Part shown: piece by piece, positions 9,302 through 17,924 of the stretch
How the letters are laid out: each line of letters opens with the position of its first letter
Numbering within the stretch: the first letter of the stretch is position 1
Source of the DNA: Bacteroidota bacterium
Lineage (GTDB): Bacteria; Bacteroidota; Bacteroidia; Flavobacteriales_F; PHOS-HE28
Direction of reading: 5' to 3'
Assembly: GCA_018266685.1 (NCBI GenBank)
Contig: JAFDZY010000255.1
Span: 1,488-65,487, forward strand
DNA: 64,000 nucleotides
Made by a program: the position numbers and the translations under genes
The notes under the pieces: model-generated
What the model was told of the DNA's origin: nothing
Seen by the model: the letters and a program-made list of their open reading frames with translations, nothing else
The model's database searches: none

Positions 9302-11122
9302 ATGAAGAACTTCCTTCGCATCATGCGCTTCGGCCGGCCCTATGCCCGGTTCGCGGTGCTGAACGGCGTGTTCAACCTGTTGGCCACCATTTTCCATTTG
9401 GCCAGCATGTTGTTGTTCATCCCGTTCCTGCGGCTGTTGCTGGGGCAAACCAAGGCCGAGCACGTGCGGCCGGTGCTGGCCTGGGACAAGGCCTCCATGG
9501 AGCAGGGCTTCAACTGGGCATTGACCCGCTTGATCGAACTGCACGGGCAACTGGGCGCCTTGGCCATCATCTGCCTCACCGTGGTGCTGCTCTTCCTGCT
9601 GAAAAATGTGTTCCGCTACCTGGCCGTCCGGGCCATCTGCACGTTCCGCAACCGCATCATCCGCGATGTGCGCTCGCGCATCTACGACAAGATGCTGGAG
9701 CTGCCCCTGCGCTACCACAACGACGAGCGCAAGGGCCACCTGCTTTCATTGATCACCAACGACATGCAGGTGCTGGAGTACTCCGTGATGTACTCCATTG
9801 AAATGGTGTTCCGCGAACCGATCGCGGTGATCATGTTCCTGGGCACCATGGTGACGCTTTCGCCGCAATTGACGCTGTATTCCCTGCTGCTGCTTCCCAT
9901 CAGCGGATTGTTGATCGGCCGCATATCGCGAAGCCTGAAAAGGCGAAGCACGCGCGTGCAGGAAAAGAGTGCCGACCTGCTCAGTCGCGTGGAGGAAACG
10001 CTCACCGGCATGCGCGTGGTGAAGGCGTTCAACGGCGAGGAGAACATGCGCCGCCGGTTCGAACGGGAGAACGAATTGCTCATGCGCGCCAGCATCAGCA
10101 TGCTGAACCGCCAGGATGTAGCCTCTCCACTGAGCGAAACACTGGGCACCGCAGTGATGGCGGCCATTGCCTTCCTGGGCGGCACCCTTGTGCTGGGGCC
10201 TGAATCCAGCCTCAGCGGGGACAGTTTCCTGGGCTTCATCATCATCTTTTCCCAGCTGCTCACGCCCATCAAGGGTTTCTCGCAAGGCTATTCAGGCATT
10301 GTGCGCGGTTCCTCCAGCGCGCAGCGGGTGTTCGAGCTGTTGGCGGTGCCCAACACCGTGACGGAAAAGCCCGGCGCCAAGCCCGTCAAGAACTTCACCG
10401 ATCGCGTTGAGTTCAAGGACGTGTCATTCGCATATGGCGACAAGCCGGTGCTTCAAGACATCCACCTCACCGTGCCCAAAGGCAAAAGCGTGGCCCTGGT
10501 GGGCACCAGCGGTGGCGGAAAGACCACGCTCGCGGGGCTGTTGCCGCGTTTCTTTGATGTTACGGCGGGTGCCGTCAACATTGATGGCTCGGACATCCGC
10601 GACCTGAAGGTCCACGACCTGCGCGCATTGATGGGGATCGTGACGCAGGACAGCCTGCTGTTCAACGACACGGTGGCCGCCAACATCGTATTTGGGCGCA
10701 CGGGCATCAGTGAAGCGGATGTGAGGCACGCTGCGGAAGTGGCCAATGCGCACGAATTCATCGAACGGCTCCCCAACGGTTACCAAACCAACATCGGCGA
10801 TGCCGGCAACAAGCTCAGCGGCGGGCAGAAGCAACGCATCGCCATTGCGCGTGCCGTGCTGGGCAATCCATCCATCCTGATCTTGGACGAAGCCACTTCG
10901 GCCTTGGACACGGAAAGTGAGAAACTGGTACAGGACGCACTTTTCAAGCTGATGAAGGACCGCACCTCCTTGGTGATCGCTCACCGGCTGAGCACCATAC
11001 AACATTGCAACGAGATCGTGGTGCTGGACCACGGCCGCATCATAGAGCGCGGCACACACGCCGAACTCTTTGCCGCCCATGGGCAGTACCGCAAGTTGTG
11101 CGACCTGCAGGCCTTTGCGTGA
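9302..11122 (+). CDS. ABC transporter ATP-binding/permease protein (MsbA-like type I exporter)
   Basis: Six-TM exporter domain, Walker A GTSGGGKTT, signature LSGGQKQR and Walker B ILILDEATSALD. ATG at 9302 (MKNFLRIMRF) is preferred. Confidence 0.9.
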   Translation: MKNFLRIMRFGRPYARFAVLNGVFNLLATIFHLASMLLFIPFLRLLLGQTKAEHVRPVLAWDKASMEQGFNWALTRLIELHGQLGALAIICLTVVLLFLLKNVFRYLAVRAICTFRNRIIRDVRSRIYDKMLELPLRYHNDERKGHLLSLITNDMQVLEYSVMYSIEMVFREPIAVIMFLGTMVTLSPQLTLYSLLLLPISGLLIGRISRSLKRRSTRVQEKSADLLSRVEETLTGMRVVKAFNGEENMRRRFERENELLMRASISMLNRQDVASPLSETLGTAVMAAIAFLGGTLVLGPESSLSGDSFLGFIIIFSQLLTPIKGFSQGYSGIVRGSSSAQRVFELLAVPNTVTEKPGAKPVKNFTDRVEFKDVSFAYGDKPVLQDIHLTVPKGKSVALVGTSGGGKTTLAGLLPRFFDVTAGAVNIDGSDIRDLKVHDLRALMGIVTQDSLLFNDTVAANIVFGRTGISEADVRHAAEVANAHEFIERLPNGYQTNIGDAGNKLSGGQKQRIAIARAVLGNPSILILDEATSALDTESEKLVQDALFKLMKDRTSLVIAHRLSTIQHCNEIVVLDHGRIIERGTHAELFAAHGQYRKLCDLQAFA

Positions 11123-11125
11123 CCT

Positions 11126-12238
11126 GTGAAGCGCATGGCCGGGCAGCATGAAAAAATCTTCGGCCTGGACGTGATGCGGACCGCCGCCGGCGTAATGGTG
11201 CTGCTCTCACACACCGGCCACCTGGTGGAGCAGCATTGGCCGCAGTTCCCCAATGTTCCGCACGTGGACTGGGTTGGGCTTTTCTTCGTGCTCAGCGGCT
11301 TTCTCATTGGTGGGACCTTGCTGGACAGCCTGGCACAGCCTTCGCCCGCCCCGCTTCGCTTTGCCGATTTCATGCAGCGCCGTTGGTTGCGCACGCTGCC
11401 CAACTATTTTCTCTTCCTCTTGCTGAACATCGCGCTGGTGCATTTCAGTTTGGCCCCTGGCCTGCTCACCCATGCCACCCCGGCATACGCGGTGTTCATG
11501 CAGAACTTCCACGTCCCCTTGGACCTGTTTTTTTGGGAATCGTGGTCCCTGGCGGTGGAGGAATGGTTCTACCTGTTGTTCCCCTTGATCACGTTCTTCC
11601 TGGTTGCACGGACCGGAATGCGGAGTGAACGGTCTTTCCTTGTGGCATGTGCGCTGTTCATCCTTCTGCCCGTGGCCGGGCGCCTTGCCGTGATGCACCA
11701 CGTGGTGGATGACGCGACCAGGGTGCTGTGGGTGCAGAAGATGGTGATCACGCGCTTGGATGCGCCCGGCATGGGCATGCTGGCAGCGTTGATCGCACGG
11801 CGTTTTCCTGCCCAGTGGCTCCATGTGCGTTGGCCCGCCCTGTTGTTGGGGCTTGCTGCTCTGCTGTCTTTCAGCAAGCTGCATTATACCGATGCGCCAC
11901 GCTTCATGGTGATCGGCTTTGAAAGTACCTGTGCGCTGGCCATGGCCTTGTTGCTGCCGCTGCTTTCCACGTGGCGTTCCGCAGGATCCTTAAATGGGCC
12001 CATGCGTGGACTTAGCCTGATCACCTACTCGCTCTACCTGGTCCATCTCCCCATGCTGTATCTCTTCGGAAAGTTCGTGCCCGACGGGTCCGCATGGAAA
12101 TGTGCGCTGCACTATGGCTTGTTCATCGGCGGCTGCATGGCCGTGGCTACCTTGGTCTACCGTTGCTGGGAGCGGCCTTTCATGCGCCTTCGGGATCCGT
12201 TCGGGCGGTGGTTGGCATTGCGGTGGAACCGTGCATAA
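11126..12238 (+). CDS. acyltransferase family 3 (membrane O-acyltransferase)
   Basis: About 10 TM segments and an N-terminal FGLDVMRTAAGVMVLLSHTG motif typical of acyltransferase_3. Confidence 0.8.
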   Translation: MKRMAGQHEKIFGLDVMRTAAGVMVLLSHTGHLVEQHWPQFPNVPHVDWVGLFFVLSGFLIGGTLLDSLAQPSPAPLRFADFMQRRWLRTLPNYFLFLLLNIALVHFSLAPGLLTHATPAYAVFMQNFHVPLDLFFWESWSLAVEEWFYLLFPLITFFLVARTGMRSERSFLVACALFILLPVAGRLAVMHHVVDDATRVLWVQKMVITRLDAPGMGMLAALIARRFPAQWLHVRWPALLLGLAALLSFSKLHYTDAPRFMVIGFESTCALAMALLLPLLSTWRSAGSLNGPMRGLSLITYSLYLVHLPMLYLFGKFVPDGSAWKCALHYGLFIGGCMAVATLVYRCWERPFMRLRDPFGRWLALRWNRA

Positions 12239-12268
12239 ACGTAAAGCCAATGGGGACTGCCATGTGGC

Positions 12269-14536
12269 CTACCGCTTCTTGGGGAACAGTTTCCTGAAGA
12301 AGCCTTCCTCCTTCTGATCACTTTTTGCTTCCGGTGCTTCCTTGCGCTTCTCCGTGCCTTTGTCACCCGGGCGGAAGAACACGTCCAGCACGCGCTCCAG
12401 GAAGGTGCCCGCGCGCCGGGGCTCGCAGTCCATTTCCACGGAATCCGTGGGCTGCGGAAAGGAGGTGAGGTACTTGCCGCGCATCAAGGCAGACTGCTGT
12501 ACTTCCGCCAAGGTGCCACCGATGATGGGCAGTGCCAATTGTGAACCGGTGCCGTTGGCGTTGTTGAAGTGCACGGAGGGATCACGTGCGCCCACCCACG
12601 TTGCTGCCACCAGGCTCGGCGTGTAGACGATGAACCACGCGTCGGCATAGTCCTGCGAGGTACCGGTTTTGCCTGCAAGATCTCCACGAAGGCCAAAGCG
12701 TGAGCGCAACGCAGTGCCCGTGCCTTGGTTCACCGCGCGTTGGAGCATGGCCGTGATTGTTTCTGCAACTTCACTGTCCAATGCCCGCTTGGCCGGGGGC
12801 ATTTTACCCAGGTAGATCACCTTACCCTTGGCATCGGTGATCTTCTCCACAAGTTGCAGGTTGCGCACCAAGCCTTCATTGGCAAAGGCCGCGTAGGCAT
12901 GCACCAGTTCCTGAAGCGAGATGTCTGCTGCGCCGAGTGCAAGTGCCGGTTTGTCCACGCCGCCCGTGGGCAGGCCCAGTGACCGGAAGGTGTCGCGGAT
13001 GGTATCAGCACCGGTGCGGAAGTAGAGGTCTACTGTGGGCACGTTCATGGAATGCACAAGGGCGTACCATAAGGCCACTTGCCCGCCGATGGTGTCCTTT
13101 TCGAAGTTCTGCGGGGTCCAGCCGTCGTACTCGGGGTAGCTCTTCACCTCGTTGTTCAGGTAGGTGCAGGGATCCAAACCCTTGCGCAGTGCGGCGGCAT
13201 AGATCAGCGGCTTGATGGTGGAGGCCACCTGCCTGCGGCCTTGCACCTGATCGTAAGGCAGGGTGCGGAAATCGTTTCCGCCGCTGTAGGCGCGCACCTT
13301 TCCGGTGGCGGGATCCACCATCAGGAAGGCGGCTTGCAGCATGCGGTGGTAGTGCCACAGGCTGTCGCGGTAGCTGATGCTGTCCGGCGGGGTATCGTCC
13401 CAGGTGAACACATCGCGTACGGCCCGTTCGTTCCGTTTCCACGCAGCACCGGCTTTCCTGCCTTCCGCCTTTTCCCAGGCTTTCCGCGTTCCGCGTGCCT
13501 TCAGCTCGCGGTCCAACTTGGGCTGCATGGCCGAAAGCTGTTTGGCGGTTGCGCGCAATGCCGCTTGCTGCAGCGCGGTATCCAAGGTGGTGTGGATGCG
13601 CAGCCCGTCCTTTTCAATGTCGTAGGGCAAACCGTCCTTCTTCTTGAGTTTGGCCAACGCCGCGCGCGCCTGCTGCTCCACGCGTGCATTGAAGTAGCCG
13701 TAAGCATCGAACTTCCCGGCACCTGCATAGCGGATCCCCAGCGGTAACGCCTGCAGGCTGTCGCGGGCGGCGGTGGTGAGCTTCCCGTTGCCGGCCATCA
13801 GCGCCAGCACCTGGTTGCGCCTGCCTTTTGAGGCTTCGGGATGCAGGCGCGGGTTATAGCCCGTGTTGGCCTTCAGCATGCCGATGAGCACCGCGCCCTC
13901 CTCCACCTTCAACTTCGACGCCGGCTTGCTGAAGAAGCGTTCCGCGGCGGATTCAATGCCGTACACGTCCTCACCAAAGGGAACGGAGTTCAGGTACAGT
14001 GTGATGATGTCTTCCTTGTTGTACACCTGCTCCAGGCGCTGCGCAACCAGTGCTTCCTTGATCTTGTTCACCGGCACGGTGAGCAGTCCGTGCTTTTCGC
14101 GGCCATAGAGGTTTTTAATGAGCTGCTGGGAGATGGTGCTGCCTCCGCCACCGCTGCGGTCGCGGGCCAGCAGCGTGCGGAAGAACACGCGCACATAGCT
14201 GAACGCATCCACGCCGCTGTGCTCGAAGAAGCGCTGGTCTTCGGTGGAAACGAGCGCATCCACCACGTGCTTCGGCAGGTCCTTGTACAATACGTTGGTG
14301 CGGTTCTGCGCGAATATCTTCCCGATCACCCCACCATCGGAGGAGAGGATCAACGTGGCCTCCTCGTTGCGCAAGGCAGCGAGTTCTTCCGTAGAAGGCA
14401 GCTTGCCAAAGACGTCCTTGCGCACCAGGGTGATCAGCGTGAAGATGCCCACGAAGGCCACCGCCACCAATAGGAACAGGGCTTTCCAGACGAATGCCGC
14501 GCCGCCGGATGTTTTCTTGGACTTCTTCTTCGCCAT
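12269..14536 (-). CDS. mrcA: penicillin-binding protein 1A (bifunctional glycosyltransferase/transpeptidase)
   Basis: GT51 motifs EDQRFFEHSGVD and GGSTISQQL, transpeptidase STIKP and KTGT, and an N-terminal TM anchor. Confidence 0.92.
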   Translation of the reverse strand: MAKKKSKKTSGGAAFVWKALFLLVAVAFVGIFTLITLVRKDVFGKLPSTEELAALRNEEATLILSSDGGVIGKIFAQNRTNVLYKDLPKHVVDALVSTEDQRFFEHSGVDAFSYVRVFFRTLLARDRSGGGGSTISQQLIKNLYGREKHGLLTVPVNKIKEALVAQRLEQVYNKEDIITLYLNSVPFGEDVYGIESAAERFFSKPASKLKVEEGAVLIGMLKANTGYNPRLHPEASKGRRNQVLALMAGNGKLTTAARDSLQALPLGIRYAGAGKFDAYGYFNARVEQQARAALAKLKKKDGLPYDIEKDGLRIHTTLDTALQQAALRATAKQLSAMQPKLDRELKARGTRKAWEKAEGRKAGAAWKRNERAVRDVFTWDDTPPDSISYRDSLWHYHRMLQAAFLMVDPATGKVRAYSGGNDFRTLPYDQVQGRRQVASTIKPLIYAAALRKGLDPCTYLNNEVKSYPEYDGWTPQNFEKDTIGGQVALWYALVHSMNVPTVDLYFRTGADTIRDTFRSLGLPTGGVDKPALALGAADISLQELVHAYAAFANEGLVRNLQLVEKITDAKGKVIYLGKMPPAKRALDSEVAETITAMLQRAVNQGTGTALRSRFGLRGDLAGKTGTSQDYADAWFIVYTPSLVAATWVGARDPSVHFNNANGTGSQLALPIIGGTLAEVQQSALMRGKYLTSFPQPTDSVEMDCEPRRAGTFLERVLDVFFRPGDKGTEKRKEAPEAKSDQKEEGFFRKLFPKKR

Positions 14537-14622
14537 TGGTGGGACTACGGAGCTACGCTACGGGGCTGCGAATGTTGCTCCAAATGCCTCATTACGGCAT
14601 GGACCCGCTGTCGCAGCCTCTT

Positions 14623-14915
14623 CTACCTGTCTTTACCATTGGCTCTCGGCCAATCGGTATCGTAGACTGTCACGATCTCCATCTCCATACGGCTCACTTT
14701 GTACACTACGGACACATTCGGGTGGATTACTGCGCGGCGACTCCGGGATAGGTGGCCGAGACTTGGTATCCATGGGGGAACTGCTTGACCAAGGTCTCGA
14801 ATTCCTGCAGCAAGCTCAAGAAAGGCTCCACCCACGTCCACTCCTGGATCTTCGAAGAAACGTCTACCCGAAGCTTGGCTTCCCCAGACCAGTAAACGAC
14901 GCGATCACCGGCCAT
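14623..14915 (-). pseudogene. RelE/ParE-family toxin, frameshifted copy
   Basis: Homologous to the intact copy at 16061..16366 but split over two frames (ORFs 14727..15086 and 14623..14841). Alignment of ...ggcgactccgggata with ...ggcgacacccgggata shows a 1-bp loss near 14745-14750. Confidence 0.7.
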
Positions 14916-15129
14916 GCCCCGCCCAAAACTCCTTGCTGCCGATCCGATTTCCTTTGCGCAGGTCTTCGAGGCCCTTTTCCATGGCCCGGCGCTCATCCGA
15001 GGATATATCCCCCGCCCAATCACCATGCTGGGTGGCTTTCTTGATCCCCAGTAACGAATCCAATAGACCATGGTCCTCCATGCCATTGATCCATTCGATC
15101 AACTCCTTCCGGGTGGCTTGGGCGTTCAT
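14905..15129 (-). CDS. addiction-module antitoxin-like protein (partner of the frameshifted toxin)
   Basis: 74 aa, clearly similar by eye to the 16356..16580 product, and overlaps the toxin start. Confidence 0.65.
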   Translation of the reverse strand: MNAQATRKELIEWINGMEDHGLLDSLLGIKKATQHGDWAGDISSDERRAMEKGLEDLRKGNRIGSKEFWAGHGR

Positions 15130-15191
15130 GGCTGCTCTTGTTGAACAAAGTTCGCCGCAGTTATCGGGTCAAACACGAACAAAGAGCCCTG

Positions 15192-15224
15192 CGGTTATCG
15201 CTCGTGTGTCGCGAGTGATAACTG
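15192..15224. repeat. 33-bp palindromic repeat, copy 1
   Basis: cggttatcgctcgtgtgtcgcgagtgataactg. One of four copies, all 33 nt long. Confidence 0.85.
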
Positions 15225-15299
15225 CGCCCGCAAGAACTCCTCCTCGCCCTCCAAGTGTTTTATGCATTCGCCCATCTTCTTTATGCTCGCATCGTACAT
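15195..15299 (-). pseudogene. orphan 3' fragment of an XRE-family gene (34 codons plus stop)
   Basis: Own translation: MYDASIKKMGECIKHLEGEEEFLRAQLSLATHER*. It aligns without gaps, stop to stop, with the C-terminus of the 16936..17319 protein (LYEARIKELEEVVAELRKDKLFLQTQLAAAQKER*) at about 14/34 identities. Confidence 0.45.
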
Positions 15300-15417
15300 C
15301 TTGGCATATATAGCGCTGGATGTGGTATTGCTGCCCCCACTCCCAACACCCGCATGTGATCTGGAAAGAACAGTTTCCTGCCTACGTTGAGCAGGTCAGT
15401 CATTCCCCCCTCCCGGA

Positions 15418-15786
15418 CTACAACAACCTCACCTCGATCACTTCCCTCAACCGCTTGAAGTCATTGTCGGAGATGATCAGCGGCATGTTCAACGTGGCGG
15501 CCGTGGCTGCGACCAACGAATCCGCTAACTTCAACCGGTAGTTGCTGCGCAACCACACACAACGCTCCTTGATCGACGGGCTAATGTCCCAAATGGAGCA
15601 AAAGGCAAGCACCTGGCTGATCACTTCCTGTGCGTTGCGCTTCGTCGCACACATGGTCAAAAGCTCGATCTCCGTTGCGATGGAAATGTGGACTTCACGG
15701 CCCAGCAACCATTCCCTGGCTTCAGGATTTCCTTCCAGAAAGTGGATCAACACGCTCGTATCGGCCACGATGGCGCGATCATTCAT
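15418..15786 (-). CDS. PIN-domain toxin (VapC-like)
   Basis: MNDRAIVADTSVLIHFL... carries the PIN acidic residues and is 122 aa. Confidence 0.85.
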   Translation of the reverse strand: MNDRAIVADTSVLIHFLEGNPEAREWLLGREVHISIATEIELLTMCATKRNAQEVISQVLAFCSIWDISPSIKERCVWLRSNYRLKLADSLVAATAATLNMPLIISDNDFKRLREVIEVRLL

Positions 15787-15982
15787 CGCGCAGCTCCTTC
15801 AACAGGGGGAAGGCCCACTTGCCCATTGCCGGAAGGGCACCCCACAGTTCCTCGGCATGGAACACTTTGCGCATGGGAGCATCAGTCTTTCGCTTCCGTA
15901 CCGTGGCCACGCGCTTTGTAGCACGGCTGCGACGTGCCACCGGCTTCACCGCAGGGATGGCTTTGTTCTTTTTAGTGGCCAT
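15779..15982 (-). CDS. putative cognate antitoxin of the PIN toxin
   Basis: 67-aa basic protein overlapping the vapC-like start by 8 bp. The family was not recognised. Confidence 0.55.
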   Translation of the reverse strand: MATKKNKAIPAVKPVARRSRATKRVATVRKRKTDAPMRKVFHAEELWGALPAMGKWAFPLLKELRDE

Positions 15983-15999
15983 GGCACGAAGTTAAGGCG

Positions 16000-16032
16000 C
16001 AGTTATCGCTCGCGTGTCGCGAGTGATAACTG
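16000..16032. repeat. 33-bp palindromic repeat, copy 2
   Basis: cagttatcgctcgcgtgtcgcgagtgataactg. Confidence 0.85.
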
Positions 16033-16060
16033 CCCGCTCACGCATCGCGAATGAACCACT

Positions 16061-16366
16061 TCATTCTTCGCCAGCCTGGCTCCTTGCGGACCGGTTATCA
16101 TATACGGTCACCACTTCAATCTCCGTTAGGCTGACCTTGTATACCACGGACACATTCGGATGGATCACTGCTCGGCGACACCCGGGATAAATGACCGAAG
16201 CTTGGTATCCATTGGGGAACTGCTTGATCAAGGTCTCGAATTCTTGGAGCAAGTCCAGGAATGCCGATACCTCGCGTTCGCTCCATGACTTCCGAAGAAA
16301 TTCCTTGATCTGGTCAACCCGAAGCTTGGCCTCCCCTGACCAGTAAACGTTACGATCACCGGCCAT
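16061..16366 (-). CDS. RelE/ParE-family toxin (intact copy)
   Basis: MAGDRNVYWSGEAKLRVD...RRAVIHPNVSVVYKVSLTEIEVVTVYDNRS shows the ParE/RelE-like C-terminal pattern. It overlaps the antitoxin stop. Confidence 0.75.
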   Translation of the reverse strand: MAGDRNVYWSGEAKLRVDQIKEFLRKSWSEREVSAFLDLLQEFETLIKQFPNGYQASVIYPGCRRAVIHPNVSVVYKVSLTEIEVVTVYDNRSARSQAGEE

Positions 16367-16580
16367 GGCCTGCCCAAAAGTCCTTGCTGCCGATCCGGTT
16401 TCCTTTGCGCAGGTCTTCAAGGCCCCTTTCTATGGACCGGCGCTCATCCGCGGATATATCCTCCGCCCAATCACCATGCTGGGTAGCTTTCTTAATCCCC
16501 AATAACGAATCCAATAGACCAAGGTCCTCAAGGCCTTTGATCCAATCGATCAACTCGTTCCGGGTGGTTTGGGCATTCAT
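16356..16580 (-). CDS. addiction-module antitoxin-like protein
   Basis: 74 aa, upstream of and overlapping the toxin; paralogue of 14905..15129. Confidence 0.65.
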   Translation of the reverse strand: MNAQTTRNELIDWIKGLEDLGLLDSLLGIKKATQHGDWAEDISADERRSIERGLEDLRKGNRIGSKDFWAGHGR

Positions 16581-16642
16581 GGCAGGTCCTGATGAACAAA
16601 GATAACTGTCGACAGCGGGTCAACCACGAACAAGGAGCCCCG

Positions 16643-16675
16643 CAGTTATCGCTCGCGTGTCGCGAGTGATAACTG
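16643..16675. repeat. 33-bp palindromic repeat, copy 3
   Basis: cagttatcgctcgcgtgtcgcgagtgataactg, identical to copy 2. Confidence 0.85.
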
Positions 16676-16853
16676 CCCTCGTCCATCTCCATTATTCTCC
16701 CGCCGGGTCTTCGCTTCGAGACCCCGCGGTTTGCGGGATCAAAGTCAACGCTCGGTGGAATTTTCGGATCGCAGGATCCCGATGACGGAGACCCTGCGTG
16801 AGGGCAAGCTGCAGGTGGAGTGAGGAGGCCCGTCGGTGCTGTGGGCTATCACG

Positions 16854-16886
16854 CAGCTATCGCTCCCGCGTCGCGAGTGATAACTG
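16854..16886. repeat. 33-bp palindromic repeat, copy 4
   Basis: cagctatcgctcccgcgtcgcgagtgataactg, lying 50 bp downstream of the XRE gene stop. Confidence 0.8.
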
Positions 16887-16935
16887 CCTCCGCAAAAGCT
16901 CCCCCTTCAATCCCTTGATGTGTGCCCGATGAAGT

Positions 16936-17319
16936 TCAACGCTCCTTCTGCGCGGCAGCCAACTGCGTCTGGAGAAAGAGCTTGTCCTTGCGCAGCTCCG
17001 CTACCACTTCCTCCAATTCCTTGATGCGTGCCTCGTACAGCTCATGCGCCTTATCCGACATCCCGTTGTAGGTGCTGTTGTTGTTCACACCCACCAGACC
17101 GTTGCAATGCTGGAAGAACATCTTCTCATCGAAGCTAAGGACTTGGGGAACGGTCATCTCGAAGAGCTTGGCCACCTGTTCCAACAAGGCCAAGGTCCAT
17201 TCCGACTCCCCGCTGATATAACGGCTCAGTTGGCGTTCGCTCATGTCCAACTGCGTGGCCATCCAGTCCTTGCTGAAGCCCTTCAAAAGCATGATCTTCT
17301 CGATGGAGCCTATTTTCAT
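16936..17319 (-). CDS. XRE-family helix-turn-helix transcriptional regulator with C-terminal coiled coil
   Basis: HTH segment KDWMATQLDMSERQLSRYISGES. Start taken at MKIGSIEKIM. It is divergent from the RiPP precursor gene. Confidence 0.8.
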   Translation of the reverse strand: MKIGSIEKIMLLKGFSKDWMATQLDMSERQLSRYISGESEWTLALLEQVAKLFEMTVPQVLSFDEKMFFQHCNGLVGVNNNSTYNGMSDKAHELYEARIKELEEVVAELRKDKLFLQTQLAAAQKER

Positions 17320-17541
17320 GGTCGCCTGATTTTTGACACAATCCGTCCGAAGTTCGCCAGCAATATACTTGCAAGATCCAAACAAACGTTGAAGGTTTGC
17401 ATTGCGCTAAGGCCAACACCCGCCCCACAGGCCCGCTCGTTGTGAAACGGCCGAACAACTGAAGGGGCAGTTGCCGGACCGAGGCGTGAGCGGATGCCGA
17501 AAAGCTCGGAGAGAGTAGGCGGGAAGTTCAACTAAATTGAC

Positions 17542-17781
17542 ATGAAGAAGAGTAAGAGCACTAAAAAGGCAGGCTTGTTCGATAAGCTACAGGATAACAG
17601 GTTCACCAACACGGGATTGGTGCATGGAGGAGCACCGGGGAGCCAAGCAACGAATGATCCCGATTATACCAATCTCGGCGGAGGCACCGATTGCGGGGAT
17701 CAAGACGATGGATCGCTGGTCACGGTTGATACGGTACCGACGAGTGCTGAGTTCGACACACCCACCAGGGGAGGACGTTAG
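17542..17781 (+). CDS. putative RiPP (graspetide-type) precursor peptide with double-glycine leader
   Basis: 79 aa. The leader MKKSKSTKKAGLFDKLQDNRFTNTGLVHGG holds all 6 Lys. The 49-aa core has 8 Thr, 3 Ser, 8 Asp, 1 Glu, 1 Cys and no Lys. It sits directly upstream of the ATP-grasp, SPASM and C39-ABC genes. Confidence 0.7.
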   Translation: MKKSKSTKKAGLFDKLQDNRFTNTGLVHGGAPGSQATNDPDYTNLGGGTDCGDQDDGSLVTVDTVPTSAEFDTPTRGGR

Positions 17782-17865
17782 ATCAGGACCCGTATAACCG
17801 TATTGGTTCAACAGCACCTCACGCATAGGATTGGTCATTGCGGACCATGAACGCCCTAAACAATG

Positions 17866-17901
17866 TGGCCCGGCACCGCCATTAATGGAAGTGCCGGGCC
17901 C
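17866..17901 (+). terminator. GC-rich hairpin downstream of the precursor gene
   Basis: tggcccggcac (17866-17876) pairs with gtgccgggcca (17891-17901) across a 14-nt loop. Confidence 0.55.
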
Positions 17902-17924
17902 ACATCAATGCCATTCCGGAACAC

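Noticed and set aside
15192-16886. The four 33-bp palindromes as a CRISPR array, or as integron attC sites (a cassette array lacking an integrase).
   Set aside because: Spacing of 600-800 bp, with whole genes between the repeats, rules out CRISPR. For attC, the arms are only 15 bp with a 3-nt loop. I could not fit the RYYYAAC/GTTRRRY core sites, and no intI-like gene is present. The integron idea stays a remote alternative only.
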